NCBI RefSeq assembly: GCF_006345805.1
Contig: NC_042998.1
Span: 558,001 to 622,000 of the forward strand
Direction: 5' to 3'
Length of the DNA: 64,000 bases
Source of the DNA: Octopus sinensis
Lineage: Eukaryota
Part shown: piece after piece, positions 24,901 to 37,280 of the stretch
Layout of the letters: every line of letters begins with the position of its first letter
Numbering within the stretch: the first letter of the stretch is position 1
Translations under genes and position numbers: made by a program
Notes under the pieces: generated by a model
Databases searched by the model: none
Told to the model about the DNA's origin: nothing
Seen by the model: the letters and a program-made list of their open reading frames with translations, nothing else

Positions 24901-25455
24901 GATCATACAGCCTTACAAACATATACAAAAGCAATTTTTACTATTCTTGAAATCACAAAAGATAACGAAGGTGACATGATGTTAACGAACCATCATACAC
25001 AGCCACTGATAGCAATTAGATAAGTGAAGAAACTGCTTCTTATCAAAACAGGGCCCCTACAGTGAGGATCTCATAAGTTTCTTTATGAGGTATACTTCTG
25101 CACCTTGTGGTCCTCATTTCCAACAACTGCCAAATCTCATAATTCCTTTCATCTCTCTCTTTAGCTCATGAAATGAGAACCATTAATATTGCCAAGTAGC
25201 ATTATTTCTGCCACAATAATGGCAATAAATGGTAGAACTGGTAGAGTGACAGACAAGAATCCTTGCAGTATTTAGTTACGCCTCTTTATGTTCTTGAGTT
25301 GAAAACTCGCCTATGTTGACTTTACCTTTCATCATTCCAGGGTTGATAAAATAAATACTAGTTAAGTACCAGGGTTGATTTAATCAAATTCTTCCATCTT
25401 CCCCAAAATCTGTGGCCTAATGCCAATATAAGAAATCTTTATTTCTGCTACAATA

Positions 25456-25508
<53 letters not shown>

Positions 25509-26249
25509 AAGTCTTGTTAGCATAGTGTGATAAAAGCTTATTTATATTCCTAATTTGGTTTAAGGAGTTTCTGGGTTGTATCCAGTCCTTCAGGTGCCGT
25601 GTCCATTAAACAAGACTAAAAAAAACTAAAGAATGTCATTTACAAGCCTTTATGACTCTACCTGAGAATTTACTGAATTCAGAATTGAATAAAATAATGG
25701 CTTTTAAAAAGAAAAAAGAAAAGCAAGCAAATAAATAATAATATTTATAAATTGTGGTAAGGAGCTTATGTATAAAATTATGTGACTTATACATAGGTAA
25801 ATGCAGTAATGTCAGCATTGTTAGAATTGGTAAAGTCCATAGAAACTAGTGACCACTCATATCAGTGTTGCCAGAATTGATGGAGCATCAGACAAAGTGA
25901 CTTTGACTTTTGTTGCATCTTGAAGTTGAATCCTTTAGCATTCAGATTTCTTTGTCCAGTTTATTGCTTATTTACTCACATGGCATTAGGAAGGGCATCC
26001 AACTGTAGAAACCATGCCAAATCAGACTGGAACCCGGTGCAGCTCTCCAGCTCATCAGCTCCAAACAGTCTAACCCATGTCAGCATGGGGAGTGGACGTT
26101 AACTGATGATGATGATTGTTTTGAGTTAACCAGGCATTAACTTGTAGCTTCAATATTACAAAACTGTGATTGAATACTTTTAGAATGATTTTGAAGAGTA
26201 GAGACATGAGAAGTTAGATTTGATCAATTTGAACATAAAGACTATACTC

Positions 26250-26672
26250 TTTTTACTCTCTTTTACTCTTTTACTTGTTTCAGTCATTTGACTGCGGCCA
26301 TACTGGAACACCTCCTTTAGTTGAGCAAATCGACCCCAGGACTTATTCTTTGTTAGCCTAGTACTTATTCTATTCATCTTTTTTGCCGAACCGCTAAGTT
26401 ACGGGGACATAAACACACCACCATCAGTTGTCAAGTGATGTTGGGGGGACAAACACAGACTCAAAAACATATACACACACATACATATATATATATAAAT
26501 ACATATATGCGACGGGCTTCTTTCAGTTTCTGTCTACCAAATCCACTCACAAGGCTTTGGTCAGCCTGAGGCTATAGTAGAAGACACTTGCCCAAGGTGC
26601 CACACAGTGGGAATGAACCCAGAACCATGTGGTTGATAAGTAAGCTACTTACCACACAGCCACTCCTGCGCC
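26250..26672 (-). mobile_element. SINE family A, full length, young
   Basis: Ends ccactcctgcgcc (reversed head); (tactcttt)n tail. Confidence 0.92.
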
Positions 26673-26862
26673 AATGTAGAATATTTTGGATGGATTTGGT
26701 CAGTTTAAATGCTAAAAGGTTAGATATACTCCAAAAAGATTTTTGCTCTTGGGGTTAATAAAATGATTGTCTGTCAAGTACCAGGGTCTATATAATTGAT
26801 TGTACCCCCATTACCATGGCTCCCATAAATTTGTGCCGAGAAATTAATATTCATTACAGATA

Positions 26863-27270
26863 GGCGCAGGAGTGGCTGTGTGGTAAGTAGCTTGCTAACC
26901 AACCACATGGTTCCGGGTTCAGTCCCACTGCATAGCACCTTGAGCAAGTGTTCTCTACTATAGCCTCAGGCCGACCAATGCCTTGTGAGTGGATTTGGTA
27001 GACGGAAACTGAAAGAAGCCCGTCGTATATATATATGCGTGTGTGTTTGTGTGTCTGTGCTTGTCCCCCTAGCATTGCTTGATAACCGATGCTGGTGTGT
27101 TTATGTCCCCGTTACTTAGCAGTTCGGCAAAAGAGACCGATAGAATAAGTACTGGGCTTACAAAAGAATAAGTCCCGGGGTCGAGTTGCTCGATTAAAGG
27201 CGGTGCTCCAGCATGGCCGCAGTCAAATGACTGAAACAAGTAAAAGAGTAAAGAGCAAAAGAGAGTAAAG
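26863..27270 (+). mobile_element. SINE family A, full length, young (reference copy, ~400 bp)
   Basis: A-box-like tggctgtgtgg, B-box-like ggttcagtccc, internal TA/TG tract, (aaagagt)n tail, CpGs retained. Resembles the tRNA-derived SINEs described from octopus (OK/OR1/OR2 names recalled; family assignment not verifiable here). Confidence 0.93.
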
Positions 27271-28453
27271 GTCCATGTACCATGAGGAGAGCTGAGTTAT
27301 AAAATTTTAGGTGGGGGGTTTTACATGAGAAAAAAAAATGAGAATATGTTGGAAGAAATGGCTGAAACTGAAGAGGAAAGGGAAAAAATAAACTGATGAT
27401 CATTGAAAGAAGTTTGCATTTTGAGAGACTGACATTGTGACAACTGCATTACCAAGACCCCTTTTTCTTTTCCTTATAAACTCTCTTCACTGACCATATA
27501 TTTGGCTGGTTTCATTACTTTATTTTTCAAATTTTTATTAATGCACCATAAAGTAAGTTTCTGCTGGTTTAGATATCAAACTTGGAAGGTTGCAAACATT
27601 GAATCTGGGAAGATTTCTTGGACTTTTGAAGATTATAGAGCTTGGTTTCATATTTGAGCAAGTGATCAGTAATTTAGTGTGTGCGTGTGGTAGTGTGTGA
27701 GTGGTAGTGTGTGTGTGTGTGTGTGTGGTTGTGGTGGTGGTGGTGGTGGTTGTGGTGGTGGTGGTGGTGGTTGTGTGTGTGTGTGTATGAAAGCATGCAC
27801 AGTACAAAAAAAAAAAATTCCAAACATTGCTACCTGATTCATTGAGAGTCTGTATATGCTGTTGTTTAACTCCAAGTCAATTTTAACCAAGCAAACTAAT
27901 GATCAAAAGCATTCCAGCTATGACCATCCAGTCTTATTTTTCATCACACATAGTGTCTCTTGGTCTGTATTATTGAATATGTCTTTATTTATATTTTTTT
28001 AAACAGTGGTATATTTTGAGAAATATTTGGCTGTTATTTCTAACATGTTGAGCAGCCACGTAGAGAATCTCTCATTTGCTTGCCTGTATATATAATATTC
28101 GATGTAGAATATTTCGAAGAGTGATGCAGCACAGAATGACTTGGTAATATCTAACAAGTACAGTCAAACCTTTTCAATGACATTTCAGTGGATAGAAAAC
28201 TTTTTTTTAATGAATATATAACACTTCCAATGGCAAGCATCATAATTTGATTATTGATTAGGGACCATGTTCAATTAACTTGAATAGCTAATGATCTAAA
28301 AAAGTCATCAATATTTAACTACTGATTTATGTCTCTCTACACACAGATATGTTCACACATAAACACACACAAACATACACTAACCACTTAAATGTTATTT
28401 TCACATTAAGGATAAAAGCTTCAAATTTAACTCTTTGCCTGTCCTGTGTATCA

Positions 28454-29004
28454 TCTATATCTATAAAACAGATCTTGAACGAAAATTGTATGCACATTTT
28501 ACTTTAACGGTTAATGGTAGCCAAACCGAGGCTAGGATCGAGCTGAAAATTGGTAGGGATACTAAATGCGTGGTGAGGATGAGACCCGCGATGGTTAAGA
28601 TTCGCAAGCTATAACGATGTGGTTGCTATGGCAAAAAGAGTGATTTTTTATTGATTCAAGGGGGCCCAGAGCCCCGCTATGTTTGTGCGATTGGCTTTTA
28701 ACGCCCAGTGGCATGCACTGCAGGCTATTGTGATTAATAAACATACATTTTGTCGCAAAATTCTGGCTACTAGGAAAGATTTTTCATTGTGAAAAAACAA
28801 GTGCTTTTTGCCCTCATTTTCTTTTTAATAATCAATAAAACCTTAAACACGAACATGTAAACAAGACCTTTGATGACTCGAACGAATTGAAATATTTCAC
28901 TGAATCATCATAAAATTAACTTTCATTTCAATGCAATGTTGAAATTAGCTTCAATGTTTTATAAACTGAACCGTCAGTGACCTAACGGGTCACCGGTAGT
29001 CTAG
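28454..29004 (+). mobile_element. Non-autonomous Helitron (family H), apparently complete
   Basis: A|TCtatatctataaaa start, subterminal hairpin gtgacc-taacg-ggtcac (28977-28993), CTAG|T end, no TSD. Confidence 0.8.
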
Positions 29005-29089
29005 TATATAATACACAGGACATATTCCCCCCATTGTCCATGCATCATACATAATATGCATTCCCAATTCTTTTTCAGCCACCTGAGTA

Positions 29090-29345
29090 ACTGGAGGCAT
29101 GTCCTTAGTGGTTAGGGTGTTGGGCTCATGATTGTAAGATTGTGGTTTCAATTCCTGGACCAGGTGACATGTGCTCTTGAGCAAAACACTTTGTTTCATG
29201 TTGCTCCAGTCAACTCAAGTGGCAAAATCTGTAGTCTCTTGTGATGGATTGGTATCCTGTTCAGGTGGGGAATATATATGCTATGAAACCAGGAAACTGG
29301 CCCTTATGAGTTGATATGACTTGAGAAGGCAACTTTTTTGTAGCT
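29090..29345 (+). mobile_element. SINE family C-type head with a tail shared with family D
   Basis: tccttagtggttagggtgttgggctcatgattg...ttgagcaaaacactttgtttcatgttgctccagtc...gatggattggtatcctgttcaggtgggg...cccttatgag. Confidence 0.75.
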
Positions 29346-29378
29346 GAGTAACTTGGGCCTTACGAAAATAAAGCTTTA

Positions 29379-29595
29379 TGAAGGGTTGCTGAAAAGTTCC
29401 TGGCTTTAAGGGTATTGTGAAAGGCTTGGTTGGAGGCCCAACCTTCCAAGTTCTTTTACAGAGTTTAGAAAACCTGAAGGATTGCTTCAATAAGCGCATG
29501 AATATAAGAGGGGAATATGTTCAATAAAACCATAATTAACTGATTTTTCCTGTATTTTCCATTATTCAAAGCCAGGAACTTTTTAGCGCCTCCTT
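29379..29595 (+). mobile_element. mariner-derived MITE
   Basis: TA flanks; TIR tgaagggttgctgaaaagttcctggcttt / aaagccaggaactttttagcgcctcctt; carries the transposase end LKDCFNKRMNIRGEYVQ*. Confidence 0.85.
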
Positions 29596-29811
29596 ATATG
29601 TTACTTAAAACGTATGAAACAAGATCTAACAGTCTAGAAACAAACATGGGCATTTAGGGAAAACATGAAATTACTTTGGACAGGTAAAGAGTTAAAAGTT
29701 TGAGTCAAGCTCAATAGAAGCATAACCAAAGTGAGAGGGTTACCATCATGAAGCAAACCTGGATTGTAGGCTTTGCTTAGTAGGGGCTTACCACTTTTTC
29801 TTGATGATCTA

Positions 29812-30009
29812 TGATGGAGTGCTGAGAAGTTCCTGGCTTTAGGTAAAAGAAGATACAGGAGGATCAGTTAATTTCCCCTCCCAGATTCACACACTTACTG
29901 CAGGGGTCCTTCAGTTTTTCTAAGCCGTCTAAAAGAGCTTGGAAAATTGGGCCTGCAGCCTCGCCTTTCACAAAACCCTTAAACTCAGGAACTTTTCAGC
30001 ATCCCCTCA
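29812..30009 (-). mobile_element. mariner-derived MITE, same family, opposite orientation
   Basis: TA|tgatggagtgctgagaagttcctggcttt ... caggaacttttcagcatcccctca|TA. Confidence 0.82.
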
Positions 30010-30997
30010 TATAGTAGCCACTTACACCTTGATAGTTGTATGAAATAATGGTAGAAATTAGTCCATTTATTTGCCTTTGTAACAACCAATACTAACTAAC
30101 TAGCCAAAGCCAATGGATTGATATTGATATTTCTAAAATATTAAATATCAAAGGTGAAATGGTACAAGTTAGCAAGTGTATAACAGCAAGCAACTAATTA
30201 TGGTACAAACTCAAGTAAACAGAGGAGAATGGGGAATGAATACAGAGATAAGAGTACAGAAAATAGATAGCAGTACAAATAGAGATAAAAAAATTGATTA
30301 GGTCATGGTAGATACAGTGATTAAAAATATATAAAAATAAAAAATAAATTATAAGCTTTCATCTGTGAAAAAAGTAATATGTTTTCTGTTGATGTTGTAG
30401 AAAGATGAGCTAAGCAAAAAAAAAAAAAAGAAAAAAGAATTCACTGACCTAGTTAGCTGATAGATATCCCTCCATTATTTTTTGGCTTCTAATGTTTAAA
30501 AAAAATCTGTCAACTGGATGATAATATCAAATAATAGATAATTCCACCAATAATCTTGATGATAAATAAGGAGAGAGAGAGAGAGAGAAAGAGAGATCTT
30601 CTAATGGAGGAGATAAATGTACAAATCTCTTCCACCTCTTTATTCATGTCAGATATGTTATGATTGTAATATAATGTAACACACAGCATGATGGATAATT
30701 TATCTGGTTTTAATGGTTTCAAATGTATTCCCCTGTTATGATGTTCTCTCACTTGGTTTTACGATACACAGTTGTTGTTAAGGGTACTTAATCCTAAGAT
30801 CAGCCCTGATGGAGCAGACATTTCATCTATATTCATTCCATGTGCAGGAGTGGTAAGAAGCCTCTTTCCCAACAGCATGGTTCTGGGTTCAGTCCCACTG
30901 CATGATACCTTGGACAAGTGTCTTATACTATAGCCTTGGGCCAACCAGAGCATTATGAGTGGATTTTGTAGATGGAAACTGCAAGAACCCTGTCATA

Positions 30998-31037
<40 letters not shown>

Positions 31038-31812
31038 TCATCATCATCATCACTGAATGTCTGCTGGCTACAGATCAAATTGTCCATGGGCTGGACAGTT
31101 TGATCAGGGCTGGCAATGATGACTTAGTCCTTACGGTAAAATAAAAACAAAAGAAAAAAAAAACCTGATCATTTATAATAAAAGAAAAACTGACCATTTT
31201 AAATCAGATTTTACAAGTGAGAGAAGTGTCTGCTGTAGCTGCTCTTGTGCTGTTCAGACAAAGACACATAAATCCTTATACATAGTTTAACAAGATGCCA
31301 GAATGTGATTTAGAGATTCAGTACAAGCCGTGTCTCTCATGTTTGCTACATCTTATTCCCCTTCTCATGGCAGGACATCAGCTCTAGCTAATTTGTAACC
31401 AGACTTTATAATTGACATCTTACTATCTTTTTATATTACTTTTTATACATTTTAACAAGTATCAATCTGGATACAATGTAAGGGGTTTCATAACAATTAA
31501 ATATGGCTTCCTTTAAAAGCTTTTTAATTGAAAGCCAACTAAGCAGTGAGCATACAAACTGAGTAGACTTACTATAGTAATTTCAAAAACTTTCATGTTG
31601 TGGTTAATGGATGTTATCTTTAAATAGAAAACTGTTTTATTCTAATAGAGAAAAGTAGTTTCGACAAAACGAATAAGAAAAGTATAAATGAGAATTACAT
31701 AACTTTCAATTAAGAAGTTGCAAACAAAAAAGTTAGAAATTTCATAGGAAATTTCTGGCAACTTGTAAATTTATTTCAAAGATGTAAAGATCTGAGTTTG
31801 AGATGTGTGTAT

Positions 31813-32046
31813 GAAGGCGGTGAGCTGGCAGAAATGTTAGCGTGCTGGGTGAAATGCTTAGCGGTATTTTGCCTGTCGTTACGTTCTGAGTTCAAATTCC
31901 ACCGAGGTCAACTTTGCCTTTCATCCTTTCGGGGTCGATAAATAAAGTACCAGTTTCGCACTGGAGTCAATGTAATCGACTTAATCCCTTTATCTGTCTT
32001 TGTTTGTCCCCTCTATGTTTAACCCCTTGTGAGCAGTAAAGAAATA
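31813..32046 (+). mobile_element. SINE family B, full length (reference copy)
   Basis: gaaggcggtgagctggcagaa...gagttcaaattcc...gcctttcatcctttcggggtcgataaa..agtaccag...gtaaagaaat. Confidence 0.92.
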
Positions 32047-32062
32047 TATGTGTGTGTGTGTA

Positions 32063-32102
<40 letters not shown>

Positions 32103-32804
32103 TAAAAAAATAAATTATACTGAATTTTGACATGAGATCATAGAGAGTAGGATTGTTCCACACCCATGGAGGTCATCTAGGTGTAGAAAAATGTAAAGTT
32201 AAAAAAGGATTTTACTTTTGTAAAAGCCACAAGTTTCAGCAATGAAGTTACTCTTGGTGAGAAAAATGCAAGGGTATGAGAAAGTTGATGCAGTAATGTA
32301 CATGGAGGAGAACTGACAGGGTAGCAAAGGGCAATGAGACATAAAAACCAATAGGTGGGGTGGAAATATACCGTAAATTGATTCTTTGCAGTCATTTTCT
32401 TTTCATTATTTTCTTTTTTTTTTCGTTTGACATTAAATTTTCAGAGCTCGTTAAAATCACAATGAGAAGAACTTGCAAACTAGTTTCAGTTTCCAGCTCA
32501 AACTAAGTCACTTCAATTACAGAGGTTTTAAAAAAGGAATGAACTGAACCCTTACTCAATCTTATTTTCATCCCCTGTAAAATTTATTTATGGCTTTCAG
32601 CTAAAATAAATATATAAAAAGATGTTTGTACAAGCAGAGTTCAGTGGTTAAAATGGAGAAAATATTTTAGTAAAGAAACAGCATGGAGCCAGACATGGCC
32701 ATGCGGTTAAGAAGTTGGCTTTGCCACCTCTTGATTCCAGGTTCAATTTAAGTGTGCCGCACCTTTAGGTAAATATTTGTTTGGGGTTGTAGTTATGTAT
32801 CATA

Positions 32805-33005
32805 GGCACAGACATGCCTGCATAGTTAAGAAGCTTACTTTGCAATTATGTGGCTTTGAGTTCAGTCCCACTGCACAACATCTTGGGGAAACTGGGTAAA
32901 GCTTCTTCTGCTATAGTTCCAAACCAACCAATCCTTGTGAGTGAATTTGGTAGACAGTAACTGTGAGGAAGCCTATCATATATATATATAAGTATATATA
33001 TATAA

Positions 33006-33080
<75 letters not shown>

Positions 33081-33845
33081 GTTTGTGTATCTTATGTGTG
33101 CCCTCCACCCTTGCTTGACAACCAGTGGTTCAGTGTTAGTTTGTTCATGTCCCTCTAACTTAGTAGTAGTTTGACAAAAAAGACTAAGAAAACAAGTACT
33201 ACCCTAAAAAAAAAGAATAAGTACTGGGGGTGGTTTATTCCCCTAAACCCTTGAATGTGGTTCCCTAGCATAGCTGCAGTCCAATGATTGAAACAAGTAA
33301 AAAGTAAAAAAGGTAGGAGTTAGAATATGTAATGAGTGAAACTTTGCAGAAGGAAACTGTACAAAAGCTCAATACACACACACACACAGATATAATTAAT
33401 AGTATATATAATTCCAAAGCTACAGGACTTCACAAGCCTTTTGGCAAATATTGCTGACATCTCAGATAAATGAATCCACAAACGAAGAAGTTGAGCATTT
33501 TTAATCCACAGGCGTAGGAGTGGCTGTGTGGTAAGTAGCTTGTTTACCAACCACATGGTTTGAGGTTCAGTCCCACTGTATGGCACCTTGGGAAAGTGTC
33601 TTCTACTATAGCTTTGGGTCGACCAAAGCCTTGTGAGTGGATTTGGTAGACGGAAACTGAAAGAAGCCCGTTGTATATATGTATATATATATGTGTGTGT
33701 ATATGTTTGCGTGTGTGTGTTTGTCCCCAACATCGCTTGACAACTGATCATGGTGTGTTTATGTCACCATAACTTAGCAGTTACGATTGCTCAACTAAAG
33801 GCGGTGCTCCGGCATGGCCACAGTCAAATGACTGAAACCAAAAAT
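32805..33845 (+). mobile_element. Two SINE family A copies (32805-33310 degenerate; 33510-33845 internally deleted)
   Basis: Heads and tails match the reference copy. Confidence 0.8.
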
Positions 33846-33939
33846 AGAGTACTTCAGAAAATTAATTATCCATTAATGCATTATTATATCCTTCAATTGA
33901 CACTTTTGAGGTTAGATTTTATTTTAACTGTTTCCATAG

Positions 33940-33998
33940 ATTTGTCTGGTATTCTACAGCCCCAGGAGAACCAACTTGGTTTCACTTTAGCAACCAAG
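33940..33998 (+). CDS. Weak candidate exon (59 nt), product unknown
   Basis: Acceptor ttttaactgtttccatag|A, donor AAG|GTATCA; two frames are open (DLSGILQPQENQLGFTLATK or FVWYSTAPGEPTWFHFSNQ); no homology recognised. Confidence 0.2.
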
Positions 33999-34221
33999 GT
34001 ATCAAAAGCACTCTACAAACTGCTTAACATTGTTTGACACCATAAATAACAGTTAATGTTAGCAAGAGAACAGAGACATACATTTTTATTTATTATGAAC
34101 ATATGAGTGTACAGCAAATATTTCTTGCATAGCTGAAAGGATTGCAAATTTACTAAAGAGGAAATCTGTCCAACAAACACCGGCAAAAGTGGGACACAGA
34201 AATGATGTTGATTTCAGAATA

Positions 34222-34900
34222 GTCATCATCATGAAGTTCCCATAACCGGTACAGCCAGTCATTGGAGAAGCTCTTTAGATGCTTTTGTAGAAAGTCTTCA
34301 CCACTAGTCTCTGTTCTCTGCCTTGCGTAGTCTCCGAATTGTGGTGCTGTAACCCGTCCAGTTTTTGATACAGTCAGACCAGAATTTTCTCTGTCTACCT
34401 CTCTTTTGCCCTCCCTCAATTGTGCTCTTAAGGATGGTTTTGGACAAGGAGTTGTGGCAGGATAAGTGACCATCTGTCTGCCACCATATGTCATGACTTG
34501 GTGCTTGACAAAGCTGTTTGCTTTGTGTTCTGTGTGAGAGATGTACAGCAGCCTACGGAAACACTTGGGCTCAAATACCTTGATTTTTTTTTTGGTTCCA
34601 TGTCAGTTGTAAGGTTACAACCATACAGAAGGATTGAAGTCACAAGGGGCTTGTGTTGTATTGTTTGGAAAATGGTTTAATTTAAAATTGTTTGTTGGAA
34701 CTATAAAGATATGCTTTCATGGCAGAGTTGTCGATAGTTATTTGAAACACACAAATACTTTTAGTTCACATTGTTCCTCTGACTGTCCAACATCACTGCA
34801 TATGAATAATAATGCATAGGTGAAAGAGAGAGAGAGAGAATGGGTATTAGAGAAATCAACCAACAATATCATGCAAGAGATGATGAGAGTTGGAAAGAAT
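34222..34900 (-). pseudogene. Second RTE-lineage LINE relic (RT C-terminus and 3' end)
   Basis: LVTSILLYGC..KVFEPKCFRRLLYISHTEHKAN..GHLSCHNSLSKTIL..TIEGGQKRGRQRKFWSDCIKNWTG; (gat)n end. Confidence 0.8.
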
Positions 34901-36812
34901 TTGGAATGCATAGGAAAGATGACAAGTAGTTCGAGAAGGGTCAAGCAATTCAAATGGAAGAAGTCTGTAATTAGTGCCAAGTTCTTGGATGAGGTAGGAA
35001 GGCATGTTCTAAAGGCTGATTGATCAAATGATGCTGAGTTTCATGAAAGAGATGTCAAGGAATGCAACACGTAGTAGTGATATGCTATGATAATGGAAAA
35101 CTGTTTAACATAAGATGCCAGATTGAAAAAAATTGATGCTGAATATAAAAAGCTGCTGCTGCTGCTGCTGATGATGATGATGATAATATACTAAGACCAC
35201 GTTAGCATTTACGATCTAGTCAATGATGCTGATGTACTGTTTATTTTTATGTCTACCATCATCACTATCAACATCATTTTAATGCCTTTTTCCTATGCTT
35301 ACATGTGTCAGACAGATTTTCTATGGCCGGATGCCCTTCCGGTCACCAACCCTCACTGGTTTCCAAACAATGTAATATTTCTTCATGGCCAGACAAGATT
35401 TTAGAAAATACTGGAAATGAATGACAATGCTTGTGTGACAGTGACACTCATTTACAAGGACACACACAAGTGAAATGAACAGGTAACTTTAGTTTCAGTT
35501 TCTGTCTACCAAATACACATGCAAGGGTTTGATCAAACCAGGGCTATAGTAGAAGATACTTGCCCAACGTGCCATGCAGTGGCACTGAACTTGTAACTGT
35601 GGAGTTAGGAACCAACTTTATACCCCACAGCCTTACACAACAAACTTTATACTGTAACCATGTGGTTGGAAACCAAACTTTATACCACACAACCACACCT
35701 GCACCTAAAGAATGAAAAATACCACAATTTTTTATCAAGGGGAACCAAAATGTATTCTTCCCCCACTTCCACTCCCCCCCCCCCCCAAAAAAAAACAAAT
35801 GACCATTTAGTCATAGTTTGCATGTTAATGAATTTACTGTTTATAAATTCTTAATCAGTTTCTGTAGCTTTAATGACATTTCCCACCCACCCCTGTATTT
35901 AGAACAATAAAAAATTTAAAAACTTATGAAATATCTTTTGGGTACAAAAGTGAAATATAACCACTCTTTCTTATCTCCTTGAGTTTTCTAGCAGAAGATA
36001 GCACAATTTTGATTTTTATTTCTTTTTCTTTTTATATTGAATGAGAAAATAGTCCTCCCCCACCATCTTCTACTACCAGCCAGTCAGCCATCAAAAGTAT
36101 TATAAATATTTTCCTGTGAAATATACAACACATTATAGTCTAAACAAATGTGTCCATGAACGCACACACACAGGAACACGAACACACACACATACACACG
36201 TGTGTGCATGCATACACAAACACTAAACTATAAAAACAAAAACAACAAAAAAAACACCTGCTTAATTGATTATGGTCAGATACAATATATTTATAGCAAG
36301 CAACAAGCTTGTGAGCTAAACTAAGAGTCATTAGTTACAACTTAACCAACATTACTAGGTGCTGCCTTGAGGCCAAACCACACACACAGTCATTAGCTGT
36401 TGCTGAATAAAAACACCCCGTTTATCTTCAAGTACAACACAACGGTAAAGTAGCTTGCTATCAAATATTTACATTTATGTGATAAGTTATTCGGGTTAAT
36501 ATATTTTATGGTAGCTGTTACAACAGCAGTAAATATAAACAAACACCATCCACTTGTGACAGACGCTTAACAAAATATCAGAGACCACTTCCAAACAGAC
36601 TGTAATATTTCCACAACGACTATATTTGATTTACTGCTTAACAAACATTTTATAAGGAGAAAAACAGATTTTTCTCCAACGATATACATGCAGGTCAATT
36701 TAAAGTCAAACAGGTTATTTAACAAGAGTGTGTGTAAAGAGCATGGTATGTATGTATGCATGCACACACACACATGTAAATACATACATACTACATATAT
36801 ACACATTACATG

Positions 36813-36865
<53 letters not shown>

Positions 36866-36874
36866 ATATATATA

Positions 36875-37005
36875 ATTCTTAAACAAGAAGGTTGTTGACA
36901 GTAACTTTGAAGTTTTGGACAGTTAAGCCATCATCGGGGCTGCTGACAATGGCTTAGCTGACTTAAACTTCAAAGTGACTGTCAACAACATTCTTGTTTA
37001 AGAAT
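36875..37005. repeat. 131-bp foldback (57-bp inverted arms, 17-nt loop); MITE-like or hairpin RNA
   Basis: attcttaaacaagaaggttgttgacagtaactttgaagttt... pairs with ...aaacttcaaagtgactgtcaacaacattcttgtttaagaat; 50 of 57 positions match by hand count. Confidence 0.9.
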
Positions 37006-37055
37006 AATAAATTTGTACTCTACAAAAGTATAGAGTAAACCTTCAGATTAATGTC

Positions 37056-37084
<29 letters not shown>

Positions 37085-37087
<3 letters not shown>

Positions 37088-37280
37088 TTGACCGTGTGTG
37101 TATCGTTGGCAATTTTCTTTCTCCATCTTCCCTTCCTTGGATTCTATGATTCTGACGAAGAGCTCCACTCGAAACGTTAAATCCTCCTTCTTTCTTTCCT
37201 TTCCTGAGCGTCCAATAACACTAGACTTGTTCCACGTCCTCGCGTTCTTGTGTTTTCTCTTTGTTCATATTTGACTAATG
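37085..37280 (+). mobile_element. PLE-derived mini-element family 1 with minimal hammerhead motif
   Basis: 37148-37183: GATT-CTGACGA-A-GAG-ctcca-CTC-GAAAC-GT-T-AAATC. Confidence 0.75.

Noticed and set aside
26863-26940. tRNA-like sequences at SINE heads (also 41953, 54445-54517)
   Set aside because: A/B boxes are present but there is no complete cloverleaf or acceptor stem, and they run into SINE bodies; not tRNA genes
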